DNA of 64,000 nucleotides from Bacteroidaceae bacterium (GCA_017649485.1 JAGCGS010000034.1:8571-72570); one strand, 5' to 3'. Counted from the first letter of the stretch, positions 18,294 to 28,511 are shown. Program-made: numbers and translations. Notes: generated by a model from the letters alone, not told the origin.

Positions 18294-20274
18294 GTTCGGG
18301 ATATTTCACCCCGAAGTGGCCAGTAATAGCTGCCAAGAGGAAATAATAATTGTCGGCCAGATAGTTATAACCAGAGGGAGCACCTCCTTTCGTGCGCCAG
18401 TCAACACTCTGAACATATCCGGGGAATACGCCTGAATGGGTGTATTCCCTTTCAAATGTAGCCAGCATTTTGAAGAGGATGTCATCAGCCTCATCCCGCA
18501 AACCCACATGATAAAGGGCATTGAGGAAATGACAAGCAGCCTGCCCGCAGAGTCCGCCATTCTCATAACGCCCCCAGCGAGTCATCTCGTCCCATGTACC
18601 CTTATCCTCCTTGGCCACAGGTAATAACGGCCCAGGAACACCATACACTCCGTCATATCCCTGCTCTTTCATCTTGGCGAGCATGATGTGCATCATCTTC
18701 TCGCCCTGTTCCTGTGGCACCAGCCCTTCATTGATAGCCATAGAGGTGATGAACGTGAACATATAATCGTGCATCCTACCATCCAGGCTCACCCATCCTG
18801 CATAGACACCAGTCTCAGGATTATAGAAAGTGTAATGAAAAGCTTGCCTAAACTTTTTCAGAGCTTGCTCAATCGAATTTGTGTCTTCTTGCAACTTACC
18901 AAATACTTTTTGCATACCCTCCAACGCTCTGTAGGCTTGCAGATTCAGGTAAGCATCCTTATGTCCGAAAGCAAAGTCATCCCACCAGTTGAAACTAGTT
19001 CTACCATCCTCTAACCTATTACCATGGAAAGGAGCCTCAAAGATACCGTCATGATCAATATCCCTGTCTAACACCCCTTTCACCAAACGCTTAATCTCAG
19101 GCAGATACTGACGGATAAAATCCCAGTCATGAGTGGTTATCAGATAGTCATAGAGCGCAATGAGGGTGATTTCTGTACACTCATAACCGAAATCAGCAAT
19201 GCGGTTAGTATGTGGGTCTATGCGTTCCTGTAGTGCTATTTCAATAGAGTTTCTCAAACCGTCTATCATCGAAAACGAAGCATCCAAGGCAGGAGTAAAA
19301 GGCAACAGGTCAGCACGGAAAGCCAGCGCTAAATGACCAATGCCAGATAGCATAATATTATCGCCCATCGTCATAGTCTCTGGATTTAGGGTGAATGCAT
19401 TTTGCCAGCATCGGCGCAAGCCGTCAAACTTGTGGTCACTCAGGTCAACGCCCTCCAAATGAGGGTAATTGTCTTCCAATACCGTAAACTTGATGGTTGT
19501 TTTTTCAATGGGTTTACGCGCATGAAAAGAAAGAACCACAGAGCCTAAGTGCACAGACTTGCGATAGGTGTGTCCTCCCCTGTTGAATGGCCCCAAGGAT
19601 AGTCCTGCGTTATCATAGTCAGGCAAGAAATGTTCCTGCAAATAAACAGTCGGCTCGTTAGCCTCAATCTTCACCAGTCCGTAGTCGGGAAAATGCAGCA
19701 CAGCAGGGAGTTGGAACGAAGCTTTTACTATGCGAGGCGTATAGAATGACTCTGGAGTGTCATATTGGGTAGAAGGCTGGTCATCCGTTTTCTTCGACCA
19801 TACAGAGACTGGCGACACATCAGGAGCGGTATAAAGGCGGAAAATCTCTCCACTCATCTGCTTATTCCCAGCTGTAATATCGAAAGCAAAGGCATGGGCT
19901 CCTTGCGGATAGATGATGCAGTTTCGATTTTCTCCATTACCGAAATCCACCTGTTCATAGCTGATGCTGCCTGCTTGGTAAAAAGCAGTAGCTCCTGATT
20001 TGCCGAAAGAATCCTGCTGGTTGCCAATCAGCACACCACCCTTGCCTGGACGAAGCAAAGAGCGGTCAGTATAGCGGGTACTCCTGGCCCCTGCTTCCAC
20101 ACCCAGATATGACATCATGGGGAAAGCCTTTGCCCAGGCAACAGCATAATAGGGAGAAACAAAGGTGATAAACTCTCCACTTCGGTCTATCCTGACGGCT
20201 GTTGAGTCAACCTGTGCCGACAAGGGGTTGTAACCCAGTAAGCAGCACAACAAACATAACACTTTGTATTTCAT
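18259..20274 (-). CDS. Secreted putative glycoside hydrolase with a C-terminal six-hairpin (alpha/alpha)6-like domain, family unassigned
   Basis: Signal peptide; YDYLITTHDWDFI, DIDHDGIFE, NWWDD..FGHKDAYLN and YENGG motifs reminiscent of GH78/GH116/GH63-like folds. Confidence 0.55.
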   Translation of the reverse strand: MKYKVLCLLCCLLGYNPLSAQVDSTAVRIDRSGEFITFVSPYYAVAWAKAFPMMSYLGVEAGARSTRYTDRSLLRPGKGGVLIGNQQDSFGKSGATAFYQAGSISYEQVDFGNGENRNCIIYPQGAHAFAFDITAGNKQMSGEIFRLYTAPDVSPVSVWSKKTDDQPSTQYDTPESFYTPRIVKASFQLPAVLHFPDYGLVKIEANEPTVYLQEHFLPDYDNAGLSLGPFNRGGHTYRKSVHLGSVVLSFHARKPIEKTTIKFTVLEDNYPHLEGVDLSDHKFDGLRRCWQNAFTLNPETMTMGDNIMLSGIGHLALAFRADLLPFTPALDASFSMIDGLRNSIEIALQERIDPHTNRIADFGYECTEITLIALYDYLITTHDWDFIRQYLPEIKRLVKGVLDRDIDHDGIFEAPFHGNRLEDGRTSFNWWDDFAFGHKDAYLNLQAYRALEGMQKVFGKLQEDTNSIEQALKKFRQAFHYTFYNPETGVYAGWVSLDGRMHDYMFTFITSMAINEGLVPQEQGEKMMHIMLAKMKEQGYDGVYGVPGPLLPVAKEDKGTWDEMTRWGRYENGGLCGQAACHFLNALYHVGLRDEADDILFKMLATFEREYTHSGVFPGYVQSVDWRTKGGAPSGYNYLADNYYFLLAAITGHFGVKYPELTDPSRQYGKE

Positions 20275-21056
20275 TGCTGTTTCTGAATACAAGTTAATAC
20301 ATCAGAGAAAGTGCCCACCCAGATCTCAGGATGCGAAGCCAGGTAGTCCACCATCTTCTGGTGCTCCTCCACATCCACGCTGATCCAATCACCCCCAATG
20401 CCATGAAAGAGGATAACACCTGCACCCCCACTTGCCACCACCTTATTAATATAAGCTATCAGTTGCTCGGCCTTGTATCCAGGAAGGGCAGTAAAAGCCG
20501 GCACATTATTGGGCATCAGCTGAGCAGGGGAGGAAATCACCTCTTCTGTGTCAGTCATGCGGGCAAAATTACAGATGCCCTGTTCTATCATAGGTGTGCC
20601 ATAGTCCTGACCGCCAGCCTTATACTGCCCACAAGGATAGGCATAGCTGTGCTGACTCTTGCCATCGATGGCACTCAGGAAAGTGTTCATGATCTTGATT
20701 TCATTGAGCATCTCCTCCACAGTGTAACAGTTCAAGGCTCGACAATGGCCTGACAAAGTGTCGGCTTGGGCTTCATTACAAGGGTGATAGATGGAGTGAT
20801 TGCCTAACTCATGTCCCAGCTCACTCACCTCCCTCCACTGGGGTAAGTCTTTCGCTTCCAGATAATATCCCATCAGGAAGAAGGTACCCTTGAAACCATG
20901 CTCGTTCAAGGCTGGCACCACATTTTGCAATTGCGACTGCAATCCGTCGTCGTAAGTAAGCATGATGGCGGCTTTCTTGCCGGCTGGCCACTGAATCTGA
21001 GCCACTATCCAGAGGGATAGGCAACAAAGCGAAATGAATGTAAATAGTCTTTTCAT
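20271..21056 (-). CDS. Secreted polysaccharide deacetylase (CE4/NodB-like)
   Basis: LTYDDG, HELGNHSIYH, YAYPCG and LFHGIGG motifs; ATGA overlap with the downstream GH gene. Confidence 0.88.
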   Translation of the reverse strand: MKRLFTFISLCCLSLWIVAQIQWPAGKKAAIMLTYDDGLQSQLQNVVPALNEHGFKGTFFLMGYYLEAKDLPQWREVSELGHELGNHSIYHPCNEAQADTLSGHCRALNCYTVEEMLNEIKIMNTFLSAIDGKSQHSYAYPCGQYKAGGQDYGTPMIEQGICNFARMTDTEEVISSPAQLMPNNVPAFTALPGYKAEQLIAYINKVVASGGAGVILFHGIGGDWISVDVEEHQKMVDYLASHPEIWVGTFSDVLTCIQKQQ

Positions 21057-21078
21057 AGTTCAGAAACGGTTTTCAATA

Positions 21079-21606
21079 TCAATAGCCCAGCAATTTGCGG
21101 AGTTCCTCTATTGATTTGTCTATCTGGGTTCTACTCTCCAGGCGATTACTGTCGAACACATAGGTGGCTTGGCTATAGAACTGCTCTCGATGTGCTAACT
21201 GCTCACGGATATAGTTCTTCATCTTCTCGCCCGACATATTCATCAGCAGGGGACGCTTGGCCTTGCCGATTTCCAGACGATTGTAGAGGGTATCCACATC
21301 AGCCTTCATATAAACCGTCTGCCCTTGCTTGTTCATGTATTCCACATTGTCGAAGAAACAAGCGGTGCCACCACCAGTGGAAATCATTACATTCTCGAAA
21401 TCACCCACCTCATGCAGCATCTTGCGTTCCATCTCCCGGAAAGCTTCCTCGCCTTTCTCGGCAAAGATCTGCTTTACCGTTTTGTGAAACCTGCCCTCAA
21501 TATACCAGTCTAAGTCGATGAACTGTAACCCCATCTTCAAGGCGTATGCTCTGCCTAAGGTGGTCTTGCCAGAACACATATATCCTATGAGAAATATCCT
21601 AATCAT
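21079..21606 (-). CDS. aroK: Shikimate kinase
   Basis: P-loop GYMCSGKTT, DLD, GEEAFRE, STGGG and RPLL motifs. Confidence 0.95.
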   Translation of the reverse strand: MIRIFLIGYMCSGKTTLGRAYALKMGLQFIDLDWYIEGRFHKTVKQIFAEKGEEAFREMERKMLHEVGDFENVMISTGGGTACFFDNVEYMNKQGQTVYMKADVDTLYNRLEIGKAKRPLLMNMSGEKMKNYIREQLAHREQFYSQATYVFDSNRLESRTQIDKSIEELRKLLGY

Positions 21607-21714
21607 GCACTTCTGCCATCAAATATTTAGCAATTATTTGGGCGTAAAGTTAGCGATATATTTTTGTTTTGTGTATCTTCGCAGCAAAAAAGTTTTGCAA
21701 ACTGCGCGAAAAAG

Positions 21715-22395
21715 ATGGGGAAAAAGCAAAAATATTATGTGGTTTGGCGAGGTCAGCAACCAGGTATTTACCTCTCTTGGGAGGAATGTGAGAAGCAGGT
21801 GAAAGGTTTTGAAGCTGCCAAATTCAAAGCTTTCGACACAGAAGCAGAGGCGATGACTGCTTTTGCAGACCCCGATTTTCCGTTAGGTAAGCCCAAAGAT
21901 GGATCCCAGCAGCCCTCCAAGCCAAAGATTGAGGTGATGAAAGCCATCCAGGAAGGGAAGGAGGATTTAATCAATCAGGCAATAGCCAATGGATTGCAAG
22001 TGAATGCTTTGGCGGTGGATGCAGCTTGTAGTGGCAACCCAGGTAAGATGGAGTATCAAGGGGTATATGTGGCAACTGGCCAGTGTATTTTCCACTTTGG
22101 ACCCATGTTCGGCACCAACAACATCGGAGAGTTTCTCGCCATCGTTCATGGTCTGGCTCTCATGAAGAAACAGAACATCAGTATGCCGATTTATAGTGAT
22201 AGCCGAAATGCCATGAGTTGGGTGAAGCAAAAGAAATGCCGCACGAAGCTGGAGCGCAATGACAAGACGGAGCAATTGTTCCAGCTGATTGAGCGTGCAG
22301 AGAAATGGTTGCAGGAGAACACTTATGACACACCTATCCTGAAGTGGGACAAGAATCTCTGGGGTGAGACTCCAGCAGATTTTGGACGCAAATAG
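21715..22395 (+). CDS. rnhA: Ribonuclease HI with N-terminal hybrid-binding (viroplasmin-like) domain
   Basis: KYYVVWRGQQPGIY..WEEC; VDAACSGNPG, TNNIGEFLAIVH, IYSDS and WGETPADFGRK motifs. Confidence 0.92.
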   Translation: MGKKQKYYVVWRGQQPGIYLSWEECEKQVKGFEAAKFKAFDTEAEAMTAFADPDFPLGKPKDGSQQPSKPKIEVMKAIQEGKEDLINQAIANGLQVNALAVDAACSGNPGKMEYQGVYVATGQCIFHFGPMFGTNNIGEFLAIVHGLALMKKQNISMPIYSDSRNAMSWVKQKKCRTKLERNDKTEQLFQLIERAEKWLQENTYDTPILKWDKNLWGETPADFGRK

Positions 22396-22448
22396 TTTAG
22401 TTTATCATATTTATTGCTATCTTTGCCCTTGATAAATATAATTAGCTC

Positions 22449-23396
22449 ATGAAAAAGTTTTTGACTATAGGATTGTTGATGTTGATGTGCCAAAGCATAT
22501 TGGCACAGATTGATACCCGTGGTAATTGGTACAGCGGACAACTCATTTTCTCGGCACAAGACATAGGAAATGGCCAAGTGCTGATGAATGGTATGGCTGA
22601 GGGCGAGGAGATTGAGTTCGTGCTGGCTCCTGTGGCTGGAAAGCCTGACACCTTCCAAGTGAAGGACAGTCCAAATGGCTATGTGAATATGTATGAAGGA
22701 ACGAAGACTGTGAAACACCTGAAAGAGGGCAATGTGGATGTGCTTTGCTTCTACAACGAGAAGAATCAGCTGGAGGATGTTATATCTAAAGAGGCAGAGG
22801 ATGATAGCGAAGTGCTGAACAGAACAAGATGGATTCAGCAGATGAAAGGTTATTATGTAATTGAGTTTGACGGTGATGTCTATAATCTGGAATGGGAAGA
22901 TGATGTCTTGGATATTGGTGGCATCCAGGTGCCTTATGAGGCAGAAACATTCAATGGCACCCCCACAGGCTATATCAATGTGGAAGAGATAGGTGGCACT
23001 TTCTTGATGGGTTTGTGGAAGGTGGAGCCAACACTGGAAGGCTTTCGCCTGTATGAGGTTGAGTATGAAGACAGGGATTTTACCTCTTTATTCGACAGGA
23101 AAAAGGGTGAGCTCTTCTACGAGTTCTGGTATAACGACGTGGATACTGACCGCTTCGCTTACACCAGTCTTGTATTGCTGAACGACAAACAGTTCAGGGA
23201 GTTCGACAAACCTACCCTACGCATTATGCGCAATTCTATCCTGGCACATAATGGCTATGCGTTTTCTTCAGCCGACTTGCAGGAGTATTTCGGTAATCAG
23301 GCTTGGTATCGCCCAGCAGCCTCGAATGATGAAGTATATCCCAAGTTGTCACTGATTGAACGATTGAATATAGAATTAATTCAAGCAATGGAATAG
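22449..23396 (+). CDS. Secreted YARHG-domain protein
   Basis: C-terminal LRIMRNSILAHNGYAF...YFGNQAWY...LSLIERLNIELI; signal peptide. Confidence 0.8.
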   Translation: MKKFLTIGLLMLMCQSILAQIDTRGNWYSGQLIFSAQDIGNGQVLMNGMAEGEEIEFVLAPVAGKPDTFQVKDSPNGYVNMYEGTKTVKHLKEGNVDVLCFYNEKNQLEDVISKEAEDDSEVLNRTRWIQQMKGYYVIEFDGDVYNLEWEDDVLDIGGIQVPYEAETFNGTPTGYINVEEIGGTFLMGLWKVEPTLEGFRLYEVEYEDRDFTSLFDRKKGELFYEFWYNDVDTDRFAYTSLVLLNDKQFREFDKPTLRIMRNSILAHNGYAFSSADLQEYFGNQAWYRPAASNDEVYPKLSLIERLNIELIQAME

Positions 23397-23412
23397 AAAG
23401 GAGAATAGAAAA

Positions 23413-24087
23413 ATGAATAAGTTTATTTGTATATTAGGAACGTTGGCTCTATTGAGTCAAGTTTTACTGGCACAGAATCTTACTGGTGTGATATTAAAAG
23501 ACGGTAAGCCACAGAAGAATGTCAGTGTGTGGATGAAGATTGGAAAAGCCTCTGCCTTGACAGATAAATCAGGACAATTCACACTATCAAATGTTTTGGC
23601 AGAAGACACATTGCAGATATCTGTCAGCTCAAAGTATGATGCTAAAATAGTGGTGGGTGAATTAAAAAATATCATCATCAATTTGGGCAAGGAAAACTTT
23701 ACTGTAGAAGGTGGCTTGGAAGAAATCAAAGTGCCTTATACTCCTGTACCTCAAATGAAACGTGGAAGCAAGATTACCCACGACGTTATCATGCGCAGTG
23801 GCATGAAGAATGTTACAGATGTTATCCGCAGATTTGTACCTGGTGCCCAAGAGTCTGCTTCTTTTGGCGAAAAAGTGCTTTCCATCACCCGAGGCAACAA
23901 CTCCATGCGTGGTCCAGAGCCCCCATTATATGTGGTAGATGATATCCCCTACGAAGTAAGCAACCCCAACGATATCGTAGCCGTTGAGGATATTGCCGAA
24001 CTCTCAGTAGATCGTGACGGCACAGCCTATGGTGCTCGTGGAGCCAACGGTGTGGTGATTATCAAGACATTGAGAGGCAACGAGTAA
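23413..24087 (+). CDS. Secreted TonB-receptor plug-domain protein lacking a beta-barrel
   Basis: N-terminal CarboxypepD_reg-like segment (LTDKSGQFTL); plug motifs PLYVVD and AYGARGANGVVIIKT, then a stop codon. Confidence 0.8.
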   Translation: MNKFICILGTLALLSQVLLAQNLTGVILKDGKPQKNVSVWMKIGKASALTDKSGQFTLSNVLAEDTLQISVSSKYDAKIVVGELKNIIINLGKENFTVEGGLEEIKVPYTPVPQMKRGSKITHDVIMRSGMKNVTDVIRRFVPGAQESASFGEKVLSITRGNNSMRGPEPPLYVVDDIPYEVSNPNDIVAVEDIAELSVDRDGTAYGARGANGVVIIKTLRGNE

Positions 24088-24101
24088 TTTAAAAACGTTT
24101 G

Positions 24102-26441
24102 CTATCGACCTTGTGTCAGCGAATATGGCTTGTCTGAAAGGGCAAGTCCACGTTTCTTATTTGGCGAGGATCCCATGTCGAACTCAATGACACAACCCTC
24201 GACGAGTTGGTCATGTGTGATGTAAAGCTTAGAGTAAGGTTTTCCGTTGATGCGAACTCGTTGCACATAACGGTTCTTATCACTTACATTTGGCGCTTTG
24301 ATCTCCACCACATTGCCATTCTCAAGTGTTATCTTCATCTCAGGCATATAGGGAGCACCAAGCACATATTGGTCAGAGCCTGGAGTCACAGGATAGAAAC
24401 CTAACGTGGAGAAGATATACCAAGCCGACATCTGTCCACAGTCGTCATTCCCACCCAATCCACGAATATGGTTGCGGTACATCTTATTTAATATAGTGCG
24501 AAGCCACTCCTGTGTTTTCCAAGGTGTGGAAGTCCAAGCGTATAAATAAGGAACATGGTGCGAAGGCTCATTGCCATGCACATAACCACCCACAAGGCAA
24601 TCTGCCGTGATATCCTCATTATCAGCATAATATTTCTCTGGCAAATCCATCACAAAAAGACGGTTCAACTTGTCGAGGAAAGCCTGTTCGCCACCCATAC
24701 ATTGCATAAGGCCATAAACATCCTGTGGAGCATGGAAAGAGAAATTCCACGAATTTCCCTCGATGAATCCCTCACCATAAGTCTGATAAGGGTCGAGTTC
24801 CTTCTTGAATTCCCCATTTAGATAGCGAGGCGAGGCAAAGCCTATCGTATTATCGAAAGTATTGCGATAATATAAGGCACGTTTTTGGAACTCCAAAGCC
24901 ACTTGTTCATTACCAATCGCCTTGGCAGCCGCATAGATGGTCCAATCATCGAAACTGTATTCCAACGTGTTGGAAGCCGCAGTGTCATCGGTATCATAAG
25001 GAGCATAACCCAATCGCATATAATCTTTCACACTAGGGAAATAGATGTTGGTGGCGGTTTGAACCATCGCCTTCAGAGCCTCATCCTTATTGATATCAAT
25101 ACCCTTGACAATAGCATCAGCCAATACGGTCACTGCATGATATCCTGTCATACACCAACCCTCGTTGCCCATCAGGCTCCATACAGGCAACATACCTAAA
25201 GCTTGTTGTTGCTGATGGTGGATCATAGACTTTACCATATTGGTATTTCTTGAAGGCTTCAATAAGCCCAAGAGAGGATGTTCAGCCCGATAGGTATCCC
25301 ATACTGAAAAAACAGTATAGTTGTCAAAGTCGTTTGCTATGTGTATATTGCCATCTACCCCACGATACTGTCTGTCCACATCCATATAGATGGAAGGGTT
25401 AATCATGGTATGATAGAGCGAGGTATAGAGCATAGCTAACTGATCATCAGTCCCTTTGCAATCGATAACGGACAACTCACGATTCCATGCCTGACGGGTT
25501 TCCTGGCAAATGTTCTCGAACGACTTGCCTGAAGTTTCATATTGTAAATTCTTCAATGCCCCCTCAGTAGAAACGGCTGAGAGAGCCACCTTGACCACCA
25601 AATCAGAAGACTGGTTCTTATCGAAATTAAAGTAAGCCACCATGCTTCGTCCAGCCATATCAGGGAAATTATGATAACGATCAAACTTACGCCAGAAGCC
25701 TACATAATTCTCAGGCTTCCTATCCTGATAGCCATAGCTGCTCATGGGCTTGGAGAAAGAAATGGCAAAGTAGGTATAGTTGGTGCGAGCCCAACCATCA
25801 GTAATGCGATAGCCAGTAAGAAGGGTGTCATTCTCGACTCGTAAAGTGGACCAAAGCACTTTGCCATCGTAGTTATACAGCCCATGCAGCAGGTCGAGGA
25901 TGATGCGTTGGTCTTTACCTTCTGGATAGGTATATTTGTGTACACCTACACGTTGGGTAGCAGTGAGTTGTGCTTTCACGCCAGTATCTTCCAACACAAC
26001 TGAATAATAGCCAGGAGAGGCTTTCTCGGTATCATGGGAGAAGCGTTGACGATAGCCTCCATCAGGATTTTCTTTTGTACCAGGGTTGAGTTGCAGGGCT
26101 CCCGTCTGAGGCATGATAAGCAGGTCACCAAGATCGGAATGACCTGTACCACTCAAATGGGTATGACTGAAACCCACAATCGTATTGTCAGTATATTGAT
26201 AACCAGCGCAATACTCATATACTTTGCCTTGATAAACCCCATTGATATTGTGAGGGATAGTGTCAGTATCAGGACTGAGTTGCACAATGCCAAAGGGGGC
26301 ACAAGCACCAGGAAATGTATGTCCCATACCTTCAGTACCGATCATAGGATTGACATAGGATGCCTTATCATTAATCTGATCTGCCTTTGCAGATAATAGT
26401 GACAATGTCACAAATGTCGCAAACAAGAAAAGTTTCTTCAT
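24102..26441 (-). CDS. GH92 alpha-mannosidase
   Basis: GHTFPGA, GFSHTHLSGTG, SVWDTYRA, EGNSWN, HGNEPSHH and GNDDCGQMSAWY motifs. Confidence 0.95.
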   Translation of the reverse strand: MKKLFLFATFVTLSLLSAKADQINDKASYVNPMIGTEGMGHTFPGACAPFGIVQLSPDTDTIPHNINGVYQGKVYEYCAGYQYTDNTIVGFSHTHLSGTGHSDLGDLLIMPQTGALQLNPGTKENPDGGYRQRFSHDTEKASPGYYSVVLEDTGVKAQLTATQRVGVHKYTYPEGKDQRIILDLLHGLYNYDGKVLWSTLRVENDTLLTGYRITDGWARTNYTYFAISFSKPMSSYGYQDRKPENYVGFWRKFDRYHNFPDMAGRSMVAYFNFDKNQSSDLVVKVALSAVSTEGALKNLQYETSGKSFENICQETRQAWNRELSVIDCKGTDDQLAMLYTSLYHTMINPSIYMDVDRQYRGVDGNIHIANDFDNYTVFSVWDTYRAEHPLLGLLKPSRNTNMVKSMIHHQQQQALGMLPVWSLMGNEGWCMTGYHAVTVLADAIVKGIDINKDEALKAMVQTATNIYFPSVKDYMRLGYAPYDTDDTAASNTLEYSFDDWTIYAAAKAIGNEQVALEFQKRALYYRNTFDNTIGFASPRYLNGEFKKELDPYQTYGEGFIEGNSWNFSFHAPQDVYGLMQCMGGEQAFLDKLNRLFVMDLPEKYYADNEDITADCLVGGYVHGNEPSHHVPYLYAWTSTPWKTQEWLRTILNKMYRNHIRGLGGNDDCGQMSAWYIFSTLGFYPVTPGSDQYVLGAPYMPEMKITLENGNVVEIKAPNVSDKNRYVQRVRINGKPYSKLYITHDQLVEGCVIEFDMGSSPNKKRGLALSDKPYSLTQGR

Positions 26442-26460
26442 GCTCAAAAAAAATATAAGT

Positions 26461-27900
26461 TTATTCAAATGCGGCTACCTCACTGATACATAAAGGTCCC
26501 CTTGAGTCAGTAAAGCTCACCCTCAGTCCAGTAGTTGATATCGTAGGGAAACGCAAGATGCGCTTGTAACCTATGGTGGTGGTTTCCTCATCCAACGCTA
26601 TTGGTAGCCATTTCCCCTCATGCAAGTATTCCACATGGAATCGCCTTACACGCTGCCCTAAAGGTATATACTCTTGCAACATGAGGCGACTCATTGACTG
26701 TTGCTGATGGAAGGTGAAAATTAACGAACCTTCAGACACTTCATCCGGTGTAGCCCAATAGGTATCAAAATTACCATCATTGACTAATTGAGCCAAAAAG
26801 CGCTTTCCCCGCAAATCTGAGGCCTCAACCTTGGCATCTAACAACAGATTATGACTTAACTCCCGCGAAATGCGTTGATGGAAAGTAACAGCATTGATGG
26901 AGTCAGTTTTAGAGATCAATCCCTCCTTGTTGACAGGAAAATTAAGCAACAGGTTACCATTACGTCCCACACTCTGATAGTATAGATCTACCAAGTAATC
27001 ATCGGATTTCACTTTATCATCCTCACTTTCGTGATAGAACCAACCTGGACGGATAGACACATCGCACTCGGCAGGTAACCATGCATCGCCATCCGGATGC
27101 CCAGTTGTTAGTTCCTCAATATTCGGATAGCCAGGATACACTTCATCAGCTCGCAGGAAAGACCAGTTGGTAGTTCCAGCCTTGCCATCCTCATTCCCTA
27201 CCCAGCGGCAACCTGGCCCAGCGTCAGAGAAACAGATGGCATTGGGTTGCAACTCTTCCACCATAGCCCAAGCCTGCGGGAAGTTATAATAGTTTTGACG
27301 GTCTATGTTGCGACGCTCTTTGGCACCACCATAGTAGCCATCGCCACCATTGGCACCATCGAACCACACCTCAAAGATGTCACCATAGCGAGTCATCAAG
27401 TCACGCAACTGGGCATGATAGTATTGGACATAAGAAGGAGAGCCATAGTCAGCTCGGTTTCTGTCCCAAGGCGAGAGATAGACACCAAACTTCAGGCCAT
27501 ATTCTCGACAGGCAGATGCCAGTTCACCCACCACATCACCCTGATAAGAAGAGTGTGTGATATTATAGTCAGTCAACTCTGTGGGCCACAAGCAGAAACC
27601 GTCATGATGTTTAGCGGTGATAATCACCCCTTTCATGCCAGCCTCAACGAATGTGCGTGCCCATTGCTTTGCATCCAGACGAGAGGGATTAAACGTCTTT
27701 GGGTCTGAATCTCCATATCCCCACTCCATATCATTAAATGTGTTGAGTCCGAAATGGATAAAAGCGTAGGTTTCCATCTTTTGCCACTCCACCTGTTTGG
27801 GTGTGGGGATGGGATAGACAGGAGTCGGTGCTGGAGTATTGTCGGCACAAGAGGCGAAGCCCAAAGCCACAATGGCTACATATAGTACATTCTTTTTCAT
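26461..27900 (-). CDS. GH29 alpha-L-fucosidase, lipoprotein, with C-terminal F5/8-like domain
   Basis: FIHFGLNTF, TAKHHDGFCLWP, WFDGA, ECDVSIRPGWFYH and SVGRNGNLLLN motifs. Confidence 0.94.
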   Translation of the reverse strand: MKKNVLYVAIVALGFASCADNTPAPTPVYPIPTPKQVEWQKMETYAFIHFGLNTFNDMEWGYGDSDPKTFNPSRLDAKQWARTFVEAGMKGVIITAKHHDGFCLWPTELTDYNITHSSYQGDVVGELASACREYGLKFGVYLSPWDRNRADYGSPSYVQYYHAQLRDLMTRYGDIFEVWFDGANGGDGYYGGAKERRNIDRQNYYNFPQAWAMVEELQPNAICFSDAGPGCRWVGNEDGKAGTTNWSFLRADEVYPGYPNIEELTTGHPDGDAWLPAECDVSIRPGWFYHESEDDKVKSDDYLVDLYYQSVGRNGNLLLNFPVNKEGLISKTDSINAVTFHQRISRELSHNLLLDAKVEASDLRGKRFLAQLVNDGNFDTYWATPDEVSEGSLIFTFHQQQSMSRLMLQEYIPLGQRVRRFHVEYLHEGKWLPIALDEETTTIGYKRILRFPTISTTGLRVSFTDSRGPLCISEVAAFE

Positions 27901-28192
27901 AAACACAGTGTTTGGGTATAACTACCTAAAATATAATTGCCGTAAAGTTAACACCTTTCCCCCTAAAAATCCAAACATTTACATTGTTTTTTTGCCTTTT
28001 CCCCCGATTTACTCTTTTTTAGGCAACTATCTACTATTAGACTCCAACAAATGATAAATGCAGCCATTTCTGACTGCATTTCAAGGATTACTTGTGCCAA
28101 CTGCTATATTATTGCCATAGCAAATTACTGCCAACAAGTATATAGTTCCCGTTTAGGACAGTACAGATTTCTATTCATAAAAGACATAAAAC

Positions 28193-28344
28193 GGTTACAG
28201 GTTACAAGTGTAACCATGTAACCGCACGGTTCTTAAACCTTGACATTATCTTACCATAAATGCCATTATGTAAAGCTATTATAACACGAATTGTATAAAT
28301 ATCGTTGCTCTGAGGGGATATGGTTACAGTGTAACCATGTAACC
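28193..28344. repeat. Paired GGTTACA/TGTAACC iteron-like repeat clusters
   Basis: GGTTACAGGTTACAAGTGTAACCATGTAACC (about 28193-28223) and GGTTACAGTGTAACCATGTAACC (about 28322-28344). Confidence 0.8.
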
Positions 28345-28481
28345 ATTTTGGCGGTTATATGTAAACTTTTCCAGTATTCTTACTGAACTAGTTGACAGTC
28401 GTACTGACATTGTTGACAGCATGCCTTGCTTAGGAAACACGTTACCTGATTAGTAGTAAACAGGGATAGAACCCCAAGTAA

Positions 28482-28511
28482 ACAATCGTTTGGCTAAGCC
28501 CAAACGATTGT
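28482..28511. other. Perfect 12-bp-stem hairpin
   Basis: ACAATCGTTTGG-CTAAGC-CCAAACGATTGT. Confidence 0.7.

Noticed and set aside
21715-22395. Viroplasmin-like domain plus RNase H as a retroelement signature
   Set aside because: This is the normal Bacteroidetes RNase HI with a hybrid-binding domain; no reverse transcriptase is nearby.
24102-27900. GH92 plus GH29 as a polysaccharide utilisation locus
   Set aside because: There is no SusC/SusD pair or sensor regulator adjacent; it is an ordinary two-gene glycosidase cluster.
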